Origin: Bacteroidia bacterium
Lineage (GTDB): Bacteria; Bacteroidota; Bacteroidia; UKL13-3
NCBI GenBank assembly: GCA_020049855.1
Contig: JAGVLJ010000044.1
Coordinates: forward strand, 5,900-69,899
Reading direction: 5' to 3'
Length of the DNA: 64,000 bases
Part shown: positions 9,075 through 17,197 of the stretch, piece after piece
Layout of the letters: each line of letters opens with the position of its first letter
Position numbering within the stretch: position 1 is the first letter of the stretch
The notes under the pieces: generated by a model
What the model saw: only the letters and a program-made list of their open reading frames with translations
The model's database searches: none
What the model was told of the DNA's origin: nothing
Position numbers and translations under genes: made by a program

Positions 9075-11102
9075 CTATTTAGCCGCTGCCGTATTACCGG
9101 TTGAGAAGCTCAGAGGAGTAGAAGATCCCGCGGGAGATACCCTGATATATCCTTGCATTTCCTGATGAAGAGCCGAGCAGAAGTCGGTGCAATACATTGG
9201 AAATACTCCGGGGGCTTTAGGTGTCCATTTCAGAGTTTGTGTTTCGCCCGGCATAACCAGCAATTCCGAATTACCGGCACCTTTTACTGCAAATCCGTGT
9301 GGTACATCCCAGTCTTGTTCCAGATTGGTTACGTGAAAATAAACATCATCACCTACTTTAACACCTTCAATATTGTCGGGAGTAAAGTGTGAACGGATGG
9401 CAGTAATGTAAACATGCACTTCGTTTCCTTTACGTACTACCTTTGCATCTTTTTCATTGCCGGCAAAGTAAGGATGTTTGTTTTCTTCCAGCTTATACAC
9501 CTTGCGTTGGTTTTTGGTCACCAAATCAGCCTGAATCATTTGTGCGTAGTGTGGTTCGCCAATGGTAGGGAAGTCAAGCAACAATTTCATTTTTTCTCCG
9601 GAGATATCAATTAACTGGGCTGACTGGCAAAGTTCTGGTCCCGTAGGCAGGTAACGGTCTTTGGTGATTTTATTTAAAGCTACCAGGTATTTTCCGTAAG
9701 GTTGTTTCGAGTCGCCCTGTGCCACACAAAGGTGACCAATGGAATAATAGGTAGGAATGCGGTCAACCACTTCACGTGTTTCTACGTTCCATTTTACAAC
9801 TTCAGACGAAACGAAGAAGGAAGTATACGCAAAACCGTTCTGGTCAAATTCAGTATGTAAGGGGCCTAAACCCGGTTTTTGTACTTCACCGGCCAGTACT
9901 GCATCATATTTTAGAACATTGATACCATCAAACTCGCCTTCAAATTGCTTGGCTTCAATAGCAGCAATCATTTTTTTGTAGGAGAACACAGGAATCATAG
10001 CGGCCAGTTTTCCTGAAGCTACAATGTATTCACCTGTTGGGCTTACATCGCATCCGTGAGGCGATTTAGGGCAAGGCATGTAGTAGCAAATATCTTTCAG
10101 GGCGCGTGCATCCAAAGTCATCACTTCTTTCATAAGTTCGGAGGTAGCCATGTGTTTTGATTCATCATACACATTATGGTAGTAGTTGGCAGGTTTTTTT
10201 ACACCTTTACCCTGTGCCAGGTATTCTTCGGCTTTTTTCCAGTTCACAGCCATAATAAAGTCCTTGTCTTTTTGCGAAGCATTTACTTCAAGCAGGGTAT
10301 TGGCTTGTTCGGAATTATAACTTGAGAAAAACAACCAGCCATGGGAAACACCTTTTCCGGCACGTGCCAGGTCATAATCAATGGCCGGAACATCCAATTG
10401 AAATTCCAGATTCATGTGTCCGCTTTCTTTATTTACCTTGATAAAGTTCACCACACCTTTAAAATTTTGTTTATATGTATTGATGGCTACTTCAGTTTCA
10501 TCAGGAGGAACACTGAAGCGGGAAGCACCTACCACATACTCGGTATTTTCAGTACAATAAGGTGAAGCATGATTTCCCCCTGTATTAGGCAGTTCAATTA
10601 TTTCGGTCGTTTTAAAAGTGGTAAGATCAATGCGAGCAATACGGGGAGTGTTATTGGCATTAATAAACAGCCATCTTCCGTCATCATTGCCGGCAGTTTT
10701 AGAAAGTACCGGGTGGTGACTGTCATCCCATGGAATAAAACCTTTGGTAGTATTCAGCATTGGCTTTGTTTCTTCCGAATAGCCCCATGCATTTTCGGGA
10801 TTTACAGAAAATACTGGTATTTGCCGAAGAAGTCTTCCTGATGGTATACCATATACGGCTACCTGTCCACTAAATCCTCCCGAAGCAAACATATATACTT
10901 CATCCAACTTACCAGGTGCTACATATACTTTGCTTGCTGCATCACCTTGTACCACATTGGTTGCTTTTTTTGGCTTGCAACTATAAAAGCCTGCAATCAC
11001 TAAAACCATAAAGCCGGTTCGGACTGCTGTTTTAACTATTATTTTCATAATTGAATAATTAAGTAAGTTATTATAAAGATCTTGCTTATTTGGCTCCGTC
11101 AT
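9075..11102 (-). CDS. nosZ: nitrous-oxide reductase NosZ (Sec-type, clade II)
   Basis: 675 aa; 7-bladed propeller region plus C-terminal CuA cupredoxin motif (H...C..C...H..M: HVTNLEQ...CTDFCSALHQEM). The signal peptide has no twin-arginine motif. An alternative start at MKIIVKT (about 11048) gives a lipoprotein-like signal. Confidence 0.9.
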   Translation of the reverse strand: MTEPNKQDLYNNLLNYSIMKIIVKTAVRTGFMVLVIAGFYSCKPKKATNVVQGDAASKVYVAPGKLDEVYMFASGGFSGQVAVYGIPSGRLLRQIPVFSVNPENAWGYSEETKPMLNTTKGFIPWDDSHHPVLSKTAGNDDGRWLFINANNTPRIARIDLTTFKTTEIIELPNTGGNHASPYCTENTEYVVGASRFSVPPDETEVAINTYKQNFKGVVNFIKVNKESGHMNLEFQLDVPAIDYDLARAGKGVSHGWLFFSSYNSEQANTLLEVNASQKDKDFIMAVNWKKAEEYLAQGKGVKKPANYYHNVYDESKHMATSELMKEVMTLDARALKDICYYMPCPKSPHGCDVSPTGEYIVASGKLAAMIPVFSYKKMIAAIEAKQFEGEFDGINVLKYDAVLAGEVQKPGLGPLHTEFDQNGFAYTSFFVSSEVVKWNVETREVVDRIPTYYSIGHLCVAQGDSKQPYGKYLVALNKITKDRYLPTGPELCQSAQLIDISGEKMKLLLDFPTIGEPHYAQMIQADLVTKNQRKVYKLEENKHPYFAGNEKDAKVVRKGNEVHVYITAIRSHFTPDNIEGVKVGDDVYFHVTNLEQDWDVPHGFAVKGAGNSELLVMPGETQTLKWTPKAPGVFPMYCTDFCSALHQEMQGYIRVSPAGSSTPLSFSTGNTAAAK

Positions 11103-11559
11103 TTTGACGCAGGTAATTCAGAATGGATAATGCCTCATCTTCTGCCACATTCTGGTTGGTCATCTGGGTAAGGTGTTCGGCCAGCAACGCTTGAGCAGTA
11201 GGGTCTTTTTGTGTCATTTCTACCGGATTGGTAATCATGTTCAAAATCCACTGTGGTTTTCTGCGTTCTGTTACGCCTTTAAGACCCGGACCAACTATTT
11301 TGTCGCCAGTTAATTTGTGGCAAGCTGAACATTTGGCTTCAAATAAAGTCTTGCCTTTTTCGGCTAAGGCAGCATCAAAAGGGGCAACTTCTTTTCCGGC
11401 AAAGTTTCCAATCCCTTCTCCGTTGTCGGCAGGGGTGGCAGGTGTGGTGGGCGATTGCTCAGCAGGTTTGTCTGATGAGCCACAATTACTAAATACGAAA
11501 GCTAATGCTAATACTGCAGTTACTGATACTGCTTTTCTGTAAATTTTTGTCATTATCAA
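11086..11559 (-). CDS. mono-heme c-type cytochrome lipoprotein (putative electron donor to NosZ)
   Basis: 157 aa; lipobox (FSNCGS), single CSACH heme-binding motif and downstream Met (ITNPVEM). Overlaps the nosZ start. Confidence 0.75.
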   Translation of the reverse strand: MIMTKIYRKAVSVTAVLALAFVFSNCGSSDKPAEQSPTTPATPADNGEGIGNFAGKEVAPFDAALAEKGKTLFEAKCSACHKLTGDKIVGPGLKGVTERRKPQWILNMITNPVEMTQKDPTAQALLAEHLTQMTNQNVAEDEALSILNYLRQNDGAK

Positions 11560-11628
11560 CTTAATTTTATTGCGCTAAATTAACATATTATTTGTTAACA
11601 AAAGTACCTTGGGCTGTAGGGTGGCTTC

Positions 11629-11642
11629 TTGATATGAATCAG
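11629..11642. promoter_or_regulatory. FNR/CRP-family box (TTGAT-N4-ATCAg) in the divergent cytochrome c-nosZ / crp-fnr promoter region
   Basis: TTGATatgaATCAG matches 9 of 10 positions of the FNR consensus TTGAT-N4-ATCAA. It is centred about 76 bp upstream of the cytochrome c ATG and about 67 bp upstream of the regulator ATG. Confidence 0.45.
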
Positions 11643-11702
11643 AGTTGAGTGTGATTTTTATCAGTTTTTTTTGTTTTGGGATAAAACCCTTAGATTTACC
11701 GA

Positions 11703-12407
11703 ATGGCATTGAATAATAAACTGGATTGTACAAATTGCCAAACCCTCGGGCTTTCTGTGTTTTGCACCTTAACCCGTGAAGAAGTTGAGCAATTGAACAA
11801 TTATAAATCTTCATTTCACGTTAAAAAGGGGCAGTTAATCTTTTATGAAGAAAGTGAGCCCCCGGGCTTATATTGTGTACATCGCGGGAAGGTAAAGGTA
11901 TTTAAAACAACAAATGAAGGGAATATTCAAATATTGAGGCTGGCGAAAGACGGAGATATTATTGGTTATCGTTCTTTATTGGCCGGGGAGCAATACCGTG
12001 CTGCAGCCGAAGCGATTGAAGACTCGCAAATATGCCTAATTCCCAAACATTATATTTTTGAATTGCTGAATAAAAACATTCATTTATCGCTTAAAATAAT
12101 GGAAAATTTTGCCCGCGAATTGAAAACGGCAGAAAAGAAGAATGTTGATTTATTGCATAAAACAAGCAAGGAACGTCTTGCCGAGTCGTTGTTATTGCTT
12201 AGAGATACATTTGGGGTAAATGAACGAGGTTTTATCAATGTAGTTCTTAACAGGGAAGATATTGCCAATATTACCGGAATGGCCACCGAAACAGTGGTAA
12301 GATGTCTTCGAGAGTGGAATGAGGTTGGGGTAATTGATCTTGATAAAAAACTTATTAAAATTACAAATACTAAACAGTTGCTGGATATTGCCAACTTGAA
12401 GGACTGA
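11703..12407 (+). CDS. Crp/Fnr family transcriptional regulator (FNR-like; N-terminal Cys cluster)
   Basis: 234 aa; cNMP-binding-like beta-roll plus C-terminal HTH (NREDIANITGMATETVVRCLRE). Cys9/Cys12/Cys21 and Cys111 mimic the FNR [4Fe-4S] ligand pattern. Confidence 0.8.
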   Translation: MALNNKLDCTNCQTLGLSVFCTLTREEVEQLNNYKSSFHVKKGQLIFYEESEPPGLYCVHRGKVKVFKTTNEGNIQILRLAKDGDIIGYRSLLAGEQYRAAAEAIEDSQICLIPKHYIFELLNKNIHLSLKIMENFARELKTAEKKNVDLLHKTSKERLAESLLLLRDTFGVNERGFINVVLNREDIANITGMATETVVRCLREWNEVGVIDLDKKLIKITNTKQLLDIANLKD

Positions 12408-12417
12408 TTTCTATCAG
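12404..12417. promoter_or_regulatory. FNR-like box (cTGAT-N4-ATCAg) upstream of norC
   Basis: CTGATttctATCAG overlaps the regulator's stop codon and is centred about 67 bp upstream of the norC ATG. Confidence 0.4.
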
Positions 12418-12477
12418 ATATATTAATGACGATAGTCAATTTTTATCCGTTAAACCGATGATATTTTTGCCCATTGT

Positions 12478-12900
12478 ATGAGATTTGTAGTTAAAATTAG
12501 TATCCTGCTGGTTTTGGTGTGTTCTTTTGCGATGTACAGCGTTCACTTATACACCGATACTAAATTATTAAAAAAATCAACTCGGCTCACCGATGCAGCT
12601 TTTGAGGGGAAAATGATTTGGCAACAAAATAATTGTCAGTCGTGTCATCAGTTTTACGGACTGGGCGGATATCTTGGACCAGATCTCACCAACGTGTACT
12701 CAACAAAGGATAAAGGTACCGGGTATATTGGAATTATGGTGCAAAACGGAAGTATTACCATGCCGGCATACAAAATGAGTAAAACAGAAATTGAAAAGGT
12801 TACGGAGTTTTTGCGTTGTATGGATGAAACCGGCAAAGCTGATCCAAGAACTTTTAAAGCAACCGAGACCGGTAATATTACGCGTGAAGATGAACAATAA
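12478..12900 (+). CDS. norC: nitric-oxide reductase small subunit NorC-like (membrane-anchored mono-heme cytochrome c)
   Basis: 140 aa; N-terminal TM anchor. The segment MIWQQNNCQSCHQFYGLGGYLGPDLTNVYS closely resembles the conserved NorC heme-binding region, with a downstream Met (ITMPAY). Confidence 0.75.
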   Translation: MRFVVKISILLVLVCSFAMYSVHLYTDTKLLKKSTRLTDAAFEGKMIWQQNNCQSCHQFYGLGGYLGPDLTNVYSTKDKGTGYIGIMVQNGSITMPAYKMSKTEIEKVTEFLRCMDETGKADPRTFKATETGNITREDEQ

Positions 12901-14266
12901 ATCAACATTCTTTTTTGCCGATCGCTTATTTTTAGCTACTGCACTTTTAATGCTAATTGGAGTAGTTATTTATGGCTCATTGGCATCGGTTTACTACTTA
13001 GCTCCAGGCTTCTTGAAAAATTACCTTGGTTTCTCGCAGTTACGACCGTTGCATGTTACATCGGTTGTGTTCTGGATTCTGATGGCGGCAAGTGGAGGGG
13101 TCTATCACTCATTTCGAGAAGTAAAAATAAATCGCCTCATTCACACTCTTGCTCTTGCACATTACACCATATGGTTTGTAGCCCTGGTGGCTATTTTTAT
13201 GTCTTATTATAACGGTATTTTTGGCGGAAGGGAGTATTGGGAATTTCCGCCTAAGTATGCAGGGTTTATTGCTGCAGGCTGGTTCTTTTTTTTAGTTAGT
13301 TACCTGATTGTATATAGGTCATTGAAGCAATGGAGTGTTTATCATTGGATGTGGCTTACCGGAATTGTTTGCTTTCTGTTTACTTTTTTTGAAAATTACC
13401 TATGGATTTTTCCTTTCGTAAATAGGGATGCCGTTAAAGATCTTACTATTCAATGGAAGTCGAACGGATCTTTGGTAGGTTCATGGAATCAATTGGTGTA
13501 TGGGCTTGCATTTTACCTGATGGAAAAAATTTCGGGAGATAAACAAACTGCACGCTCCGGAATTTCATTTGCTATGTATTTTCTGGGGTTGTTTAATTTA
13601 ATGTTTAACTGGGGGCATCATATCTATACCTTACCCACGGCTTCCTACGTTAGGATCATTTCTTACGCGGTAAGCATGACTGAATGGATTATTTTCCTGC
13701 GGATTATTTTTTTATGGAAAAAAACCAATGCAGTCGCTGGAAAACCTGCTATGCGAATTTCTTTCGATTTTTTAAATTCATCAGATCACTGGATATTGTT
13801 GAACTTGTTTCTCGCATTACTCATGTCAATCCCGGCAATTAATATTTATACGCACGGCACACATGTTACGGTTGCTCATGCTATGGGAACCACTATAGGA
13901 ATTAATACCCTTATTCTTTTAGGTGTATCAGCTGAGATTATGAAGGGATCTTGCAATGAAACCAATTCGTATCCGGTTTTGAAAAGATGGCTAACCGTTA
14001 TGAATATTAGTTTAGGCGCAATGCTCCTCTCCCTATTAGTAGTTGGAGTGTTAAAAGGGGTTTGGCAAATGAATCCCAATCAGGGCTCATTTCAGCAAAT
14101 GATGCTGGGTTTTAGGCCTTATTTTATCCTCATGTTTTGTTCCGGAATTGGGTTGCTTGTTGCAGTAGCAGCAATAAGTGTAGTGATATTGCGAAGTTTT
14201 ATTTTGTGCTATACCAGAAAAAAGATGCCCGGCTATGGGTTTGGTTCTTTAATGAAAGAAGGATGA
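12890..14266 (+). CDS. norB: heme-copper-oxidase-family membrane protein, NorB-like NO reductase large subunit (NnrS-like not excluded)
   Basis: About 458 aa and 12 predicted TM helices; HH pair (GHHIY), H-x2-H-x4-H (HGTHVTVAH) and an N-terminal His. The preferred start ATG at 12890 overlaps the norC stop. The ORF track's 12791 start would overlap norC by 110 nt. Confidence 0.65.
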   Translation: MNNKSTFFFADRLFLATALLMLIGVVIYGSLASVYYLAPGFLKNYLGFSQLRPLHVTSVVFWILMAASGGVYHSFREVKINRLIHTLALAHYTIWFVALVAIFMSYYNGIFGGREYWEFPPKYAGFIAAGWFFFLVSYLIVYRSLKQWSVYHWMWLTGIVCFLFTFFENYLWIFPFVNRDAVKDLTIQWKSNGSLVGSWNQLVYGLAFYLMEKISGDKQTARSGISFAMYFLGLFNLMFNWGHHIYTLPTASYVRIISYAVSMTEWIIFLRIIFLWKKTNAVAGKPAMRISFDFLNSSDHWILLNLFLALLMSIPAINIYTHGTHVTVAHAMGTTIGINTLILLGVSAEIMKGSCNETNSYPVLKRWLTVMNISLGAMLLSLLVVGVLKGVWQMNPNQGSFQQMMLGFRPYFILMFCSGIGLLVAVAAISVVILRSFILCYTRKKMPGYGFGSLMKEG

Positions 14267-14321
14267 GGAAGCAATTAATTAATTTCATCCTTTGTCGTCA
14301 AGTTTTAAAAGTAAGTAAATT

Positions 14322-16118
14322 ATGAGTATTTCCCGCGTTCACCCCTTTCATATTCCGGTTATGGGTCTTTCATTTACTGTTGATACGCCTGTTAAGGTAG
14401 CTCGTTTCGGCATTTCTTCAGTAGTCTCTGTTATAGAAGATGAATTGGTAGAAAAAATGCGCAAGTATTATTGCGAGTCGCTTCAGCTGCCATACAAGCA
14501 TATTACCAAAACAGAACATGATTACCGGGCTAAGCGTATAACCGAATACCTAAATTTGCTCGATTTGATTGTAAAGAATCAATTGGCTATTCTAAAAAAT
14601 GAGCGGTTTGAAGAGGGGGCCGAAATTGTAAAATATTTCGAGTTGCTTCCTGAAAATGCTCCGTTAAAGCAAGTGTATCTTAAAATGAAACTTTCGTCAG
14701 GCTATGTAAAGCAAAAACTACAGGAGGAATTGCGTGCCGGTATTGTATCTGGGGATATTGATGTGAATATAATGACGAAGGTGGATAAAACAAACTACAC
14801 TCCTACCGGAGAACCTCTTTCGGTTGAGTTCAACGATGCCCTAGCAGCTTTACGTGGATTTGCTCAAAGTAACGTATCATCTTCTGTTGTATTTTCGGCT
14901 GGGTTAAATCCTAGGCTATACAGTTATTGCGAAACGTTCAATGATTTTTTCCCCGACAAAAACGGAGCCGTTAAGAAAAGAATTACCATCAAAGTTAGTG
15001 ATTATCGTTCAGCCCTTATACAGGGAAAATTCCTTGCAAAAAAAGGTCTTTGGGTTTCTGAATTTAGAATTGAATCAGGATTGAACTGCGGGGGGCATGC
15101 GTTCGCTACCGATGGGCTATTACTTGGGCCGGTTATGGAAGAGTTTAAAGCGAAGCGGGAGGAGTTGACAAATACGCTGTTTGAATTATGCAACCAAACA
15201 CTTAAAGAAAAGGGGCGTGATGCGTTTCCTTATGTTCCAAAACTTAGTATTACGGTTCAGGGCGGAGTAGGAACCTTTAACGAGCAACAATTTTTTCTCA
15301 GCTATTACAAAATGGATAGCATTGGCTGGGGCAGCCCGTTTTTACTGGTGCCTGAAGTTACTAATGTAGATTATGCTACCCTTAGTGAATTGGCCACTGC
15401 CAAACCCGATGATTATTATTTGAGCGATGCCTCTCCACTGGGTGTGCCATTTAATAATTTCAAAAAAAGTAGTTCAGAGGTGCAGCGTAAAGCACGTATC
15501 GAAAAACACCGAGCAGGTAGCCCGTGTTATTTAAAATTTCTTTCCTTTAATACAGAATTTACAGAAAAACCCATTTGTGTAGCTTCGCGGGAATATCAGA
15601 ATTTAAAAATTAAGCAACTTAAAACAAGCGGTGCTGATGAAAAGACCGTACAGCGTGAAATTGATTTGGTAACGGAGAAAGATTGTTTGTGTGAGGGGTT
15701 AAGCACATCAGTATTTATTGAAAAACATATTCCACACCCTCATAAACTTGCTGCTGTTACCATTTGCCCGGGTCCTAATCTTGCTTATTTTTCCGGGGTA
15801 TTCACGTTGGTGCAGATGGCCGGACATATTTATGGAAGAGGAAATTTACTCAACAGTGTGCCACGGTCCCATGTTTTTGTAAATGAATTGCGACTTTATG
15901 TAGATTACCTGAAAAGGGAAATTAGTAAAAACATTCTGGCACTTAGCAGCAAGAAAGAAGAATATTTTAATACATTTCGCAGCAACCTGCTTTCGGGTAT
16001 CAACTATTATATTAGCCTTCTTGATAAAATGCAGTTAGAAAAGGAATCATTAATCAACCAAATGAAAACCGAATTTGCCGAACTTGAACAACAGTTGGCT
16101 GGAATGATCACAGCTTAA
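14322..16118 (+). CDS. conserved hypothetical 598-aa soluble protein in the norCB operon (possible FMN/TIM-barrel-like motifs)
   Basis: Long uninterrupted ORF 55 bp after norB and 9 bp before the queD-like gene. Weak motif similarity only (VARFGIS, GLNCGGHAF, QGGVGT); no confident family assignment. Confidence 0.5.
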   Translation: MSISRVHPFHIPVMGLSFTVDTPVKVARFGISSVVSVIEDELVEKMRKYYCESLQLPYKHITKTEHDYRAKRITEYLNLLDLIVKNQLAILKNERFEEGAEIVKYFELLPENAPLKQVYLKMKLSSGYVKQKLQEELRAGIVSGDIDVNIMTKVDKTNYTPTGEPLSVEFNDALAALRGFAQSNVSSSVVFSAGLNPRLYSYCETFNDFFPDKNGAVKKRITIKVSDYRSALIQGKFLAKKGLWVSEFRIESGLNCGGHAFATDGLLLGPVMEEFKAKREELTNTLFELCNQTLKEKGRDAFPYVPKLSITVQGGVGTFNEQQFFLSYYKMDSIGWGSPFLLVPEVTNVDYATLSELATAKPDDYYLSDASPLGVPFNNFKKSSSEVQRKARIEKHRAGSPCYLKFLSFNTEFTEKPICVASREYQNLKIKQLKTSGADEKTVQREIDLVTEKDCLCEGLSTSVFIEKHIPHPHKLAAVTICPGPNLAYFSGVFTLVQMAGHIYGRGNLLNSVPRSHVFVNELRLYVDYLKREISKNILALSSKKEEYFNTFRSNLLSGINYYISLLDKMQLEKESLINQMKTEFAELEQQLAGMITA

Positions 16119-16127
16119 TACCTGCTT

Positions 16128-16550
16128 ATGCTCACTATTAATAAGATTTTCCATTTTGAAGCTGCCCACGCTATTGCAGGTTATCCGGGTTTATGCAGGC
16201 ATATTCACGGTCACCGTTACGAATTGCACGTTGGGGTTACTACCCATCAACTTGCCGATGGGATGATTATTGATTTGAAATTATTAAAAAAGTTGGTAAA
16301 TGAATTGGTGATTGATAAATTTGATCATGCTCTTATTGTGTCCGAAGCTGGGGCGGAGAAAAATAAAATGGTTAGCTCAGCCGCAGATCAGCGGTTGATT
16401 GTATTGAAATCAGAACCTACTGTGGAGTACCTTATTTTGGAAATAAAAAGCAGAATTGAACAAAATATACCCGCAAACATCCGGTTGATGAAGCTAAAGC
16501 TATACGAAACCCGCGATTCGTATGCCGAGTGGAATGCATCGGTTGGGTGA
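16128..16550 (+). CDS. 6-carboxytetrahydropterin synthase QueD / 6-pyruvoyl-tetrahydropterin synthase family
   Basis: 140 aa; FHFEAAH... and C-x3-HGH (CRHIHGH) zinc-binding signature of the QueD/PTPS fold. Confidence 0.7.
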   Translation: MLTINKIFHFEAAHAIAGYPGLCRHIHGHRYELHVGVTTHQLADGMIIDLKLLKKLVNELVIDKFDHALIVSEAGAEKNKMVSSAADQRLIVLKSEPTVEYLILEIKSRIEQNIPANIRLMKLKLYETRDSYAEWNASVG

Positions 16551-16732
16551 GATAGTCTAATCCGATTTGGGAATAAATTTTTTCTAACCGGGTAAGCTAA
16601 TGTAAACTCCTTAAATTTTTTTCAGTTTTACACACAAAATGCTAAGCAGTATGGTTGGCATTGGCAATGCAGTTTCACCACATCTGTCTAAAATTTGTCT
16701 CCTTTATGCCCCTTATCCATTTTCATTAGGGT

Positions 16733-17197
16733 TTAATTGTAGTCAAACTCAAATTGTGAATGCAACTGATGAATCCATTCATGTATTTGGCTAAAGGTTT
16801 CTTTGGCTTGTAAGTTCTTGCTGTTGTGTAATTCTTTTGATAGAGATTTTAACTTTTTTAGCTCTGACACAAGCGCATTGTTGCCTTCATTTTGGTCATG
16901 TAGCAGTGATTCCATTTTACTTACATGTTGATCTAATATATCGGCAAAAGCGTGGTATGGCTCATCATTAATTGCCTTTTTTTGTAAATCATAAAAATTA
17001 GTAATGCTGTTTTCTAACGAACGTAGTTCAAAGGTAATTTCTTGATTGAATCGCCACTTGTTTCCTTGTTTTACGGGTGTTGCTATGGCTGCTTCGTTGG
17101 AAACGGATAAATTAGTTTGGTCTGGCTGCCGGTTGCATGCAAGCATACTCAAACAAAGAGTGCTTAAACTTAAAAGGGTTAAACGCATTTGTGTCAT
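16733..17197 (-). CDS. hypothetical lipoprotein
   Basis: 154 aa; signal peptide with lipobox (MLACN). Directly follows nadB on the minus strand; start/stop overlaps it by 1 nt. Confidence 0.5.
   Translation of the reverse strand: MTQMRLTLLSLSTLCLSMLACNRQPDQTNLSVSNEAAIATPVKQGNKWRFNQEITFELRSLENSITNFYDLQKKAINDEPYHAFADILDQHVSKMESLLHDQNEGNNALVSELKKLKSLSKELHNSKNLQAKETFSQIHEWIHQLHSQFEFDYN

Noticed and set aside
11575-11814. 79-aa minus-strand ORF overlapping the start of the Crp/Fnr gene
   Set aside because: It overlaps a well-supported gene and the FNR-box promoter region and has no recognisable features. It is treated as a spurious shadow ORF.
12791-12889. Upstream extension of the norB ORF (MKRLRSFCVVWMKPAKL...) overlapping norC by 110 nt
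   Set aside because: The extension lies entirely inside norC in another frame and does not look like a signal peptide or TM helix. The ATG at 12890 gives a normal N-terminus and a typical stop-start overlap with norC.
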